Shown here piece by piece: positions 61,679 through 64,000 of a DNA stretch of 64,000 nt. Position numbers and translations under genes: made by a program. This stretch comes from Selaginella moellendorffii (Eukaryota > Plantae > Lycopodiophyta), in NCBI RefSeq assembly GCF_000143415.4, contig NW_003314270.1, positions 1,543,048 to 1,607,047 of the forward strand. The letters run 5' to 3'. Numbering within the stretch: the first letter of the stretch is position 1; each line of letters begins with the position of its first letter. Below the pieces are notes generated by a model. It was not told the origin of the DNA. It did not search any database and saw nothing but the letters and a program-made list of their open reading frames with translations.

Positions 61679-64000
61679 GGTTGCAGCCATGGGCATCTTG
61701 TGTGAGAGAGAGGGAATATTTTAATTCTTAAAATATTCCAAATGTTTGTATAAAAACCATACAAGGGTGAAATATCAAAGGTTCTATGCTTTATGTCCTG
61801 AGCTTGAGCATAGAGAGAGAGAGCTTAGAATGTTACTAGAGCTACAAAGAGGAGGAGGATTGAGGTGCCACACCTCAATATGGTGAACTTGATGTAACAC
61901 CTACCTTCTTTCTTTTTGAAGCATTTCTTGATAATGGAGAGGATCCATGGGATTTGGAGTCGAGATCCTAGAGAGGGATAGGTGAAGAGCAATAGAAATT
62001 ACCCCCATAGAGAGATCTTTGACTGTGGGAGTGAGATTTCATCTATACGAAGTTATGGCATGTAGCTATATCACCATGTGTCGAATAAAGTTGCATGTCT
62101 CTTTAGTGCATAAAGTTAATGCCTTTCTCGCAATTTCTTACATTAGGATTGTAAATCCTTTTGTGATTTATCATTCCCAAGTTTAATCATCCAATTTGGT
62201 GCCCAATCCTGTGAAATCCTGCTACTCTTCACTAGTTTTCATCTTTGTTTGAGTGTGATCATTGTTCTTGAGAGTTTTTTTCCATCTTGCACTTAATTTT
62301 TGTAAATTTTTTGCATGAGAAGGATGACCTAACTTCTTAGGCCAGCATCAAGCCACTTTTTAGGCAATTCCATCCATCACAGCAGAAGTTCTTAGTAAAA
62401 AGCATAACACTCATTTCTTTTGGAGATATCTCAACATTTTCACGTCTCTTGGAGTTTTATTTTTGGAGTTTGCAACATTCACGACCATTTATTTTGGTTG
62501 TGAGCTTTGCTTAGGGCATTTGGGGGACAATTCAACTTGCTAGATTGGGTGCATCACTTTGTAACATTTATCATGTTTGGGCATTTGTAGTGATTTGAAC
62601 ATTTATGCTACTAACAACATGTTCACAATCACCTGGAGGATTAATTTGGAAGGCCACTCTTAATGCATTCTCCATTTAGCTACCTTCTTAAGCATCCGAT
62701 TGCAGTGGTTTCTCGCCAACTTACACCTAGAGTCGTGGAAGAGAAATTGCCACTAATGTTAGAATCTGCCATTACAGAATTTTTCCAGTACAAAGACCTC
62801 CTCCTTGAGCATCAACAGCAAGATCTCTTGCAACAGCAATAGCACTAGACCGCCATCCTTGAGGAACTTAAGGTGTTGAGACTTCAGTAAATAGAAACAG
62901 CATCAAGACAATCTTGTCATTGGTGTACCCATTGTAAGGCTAGTACACACTCGATAGAATAGTGTTTTCACCTCCATCCAAACCTTTGACCTCCCAAGAG
63001 CCAAGTGTCCAGGAGCATCCCCTTGCTGATAACTGTGCACTTTGGCCACCTCTAGATTAATATCAATAGCAGCTCCAACAACGCACAATTGCACTTGCCC
63101 CATCGACGAGCAAGGGAAAAGAACCAGCTGTCTACATCAACACTATCAACAATGAGACACTTATAGTTGTGACTCGAGCTTAGAAGAAATGTTAACCAAC
63201 AGCCCCAAACATCAATGGAGAGCACGACTTAGTTGTTCAACAAGTACCAAGTCCAACCATTGCATGCAAGTTGCCCTTTAAGTTAATATTTGCTTGATCC
63301 CTTGTAAATGATGTTAGACCTTCTTAGTTCAACCACACATCTTTTCTAGGCTTGGCTAGTACATCTTCCAGGACTCCCCCCACATCTATAACTCTTCTGA
63401 CAGATGTTATGTAGCATCTATTGCACTCAATCACACTTTCACTTAGACAACTTTTGCAATCCGTCTCAAGATTTGGACAACAGCTAGAAACTCTTGCCCA
63501 TTCCAGCCAACCTCTTCGTCATGCCGGAGAGGAGATCCATATTATGGATATCACAACAATATAGGATCTAGGAGCTTTAATGGCATCAGTCACTTTGGGA
63601 AATACCATCACAACTCTTGGATTTAGAATTAGGGAGCAATATTATCTCCTTGGCATTGGCAAAGTCTACTGGGTTATAGATTTTGGATATTCCAAGGAAC
63701 TCCACATCTAGAATTGTTCCATTGTGGTGAAAGGTACTTTCGGCATATTCATCTCCTCCTCTCCTTGATCTCGCAGTTATGGGAACATCTCAATTGCTCC
63801 TTAGGGTCCTTGGGGAAGTATAGATATGTGCCAATTCCCTTGAATCACATTGCCACTTGATCATATGCAATGGGGTTTTGCCAATAACTTTAAAAAGACA
63901 AGCATGAAACCTGAATAGTTGGAGGTGGCCTTTTGCTTGATAGGTGGAGCAGCGGAAGGTTCCCTTGAGTACCACTGTAATTTATGGGCTTTGGCCATTG

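Noticed and set aside
62400-64000. Possible degenerate LINE ORF2 3' region on the minus strand
   Set aside because: Only a weak HMIKW-like hint; too degraded to support.

Overview
Eukaryotic plant nuclear DNA. It is probably a non-seed land plant such as the lycophyte Selaginella, inferred from an IFT46 flagellar gene, plastid MinE, an organellar DNA polymerase, introns of about 45-60 nt and very short intergenic spacers. Positions 1-46.4 kb are a deeply nested transposon cluster, 48.3-54.7 kb hold three host genes (IFT46, organellar Pol I, MinE), and 56.5-64 kb are decayed retroelements. The main result is two independent insertions (4959-18447 and 26479-44483) of one ~12.4-kb cut-and-paste DNA transposon with a perfect 24-bp TIR, a 4-bp TSD and a Sola-like DDD transposase. 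Each carries a divergently transcribed ~11-exon cargo gene for a ~1640-aa protein that reads as a ParB/Srx-like domain, a degenerate beta-class N6/N4 DNA-methyltransferase fold, a charged linker and an FCP1/NIF-type HAD phosphatase. The element also contains more than 20 copies of a 22-bp palindrome (ATGGCRTGWGGCCWCAYGCCAT), mostly in introns and spacers. Together these suggest a ParB/parS-like self-recognition or anti-silencing module inside a eukaryotic transposon; this is an inference from motifs recognised by eye. Also present: a young chromovirus with a tRNA-independent self-priming PBS and a -1 frameshift pseudoknot, a TRIM, solo LTRs, a micro-inversion and a Helitron Rep fragment.
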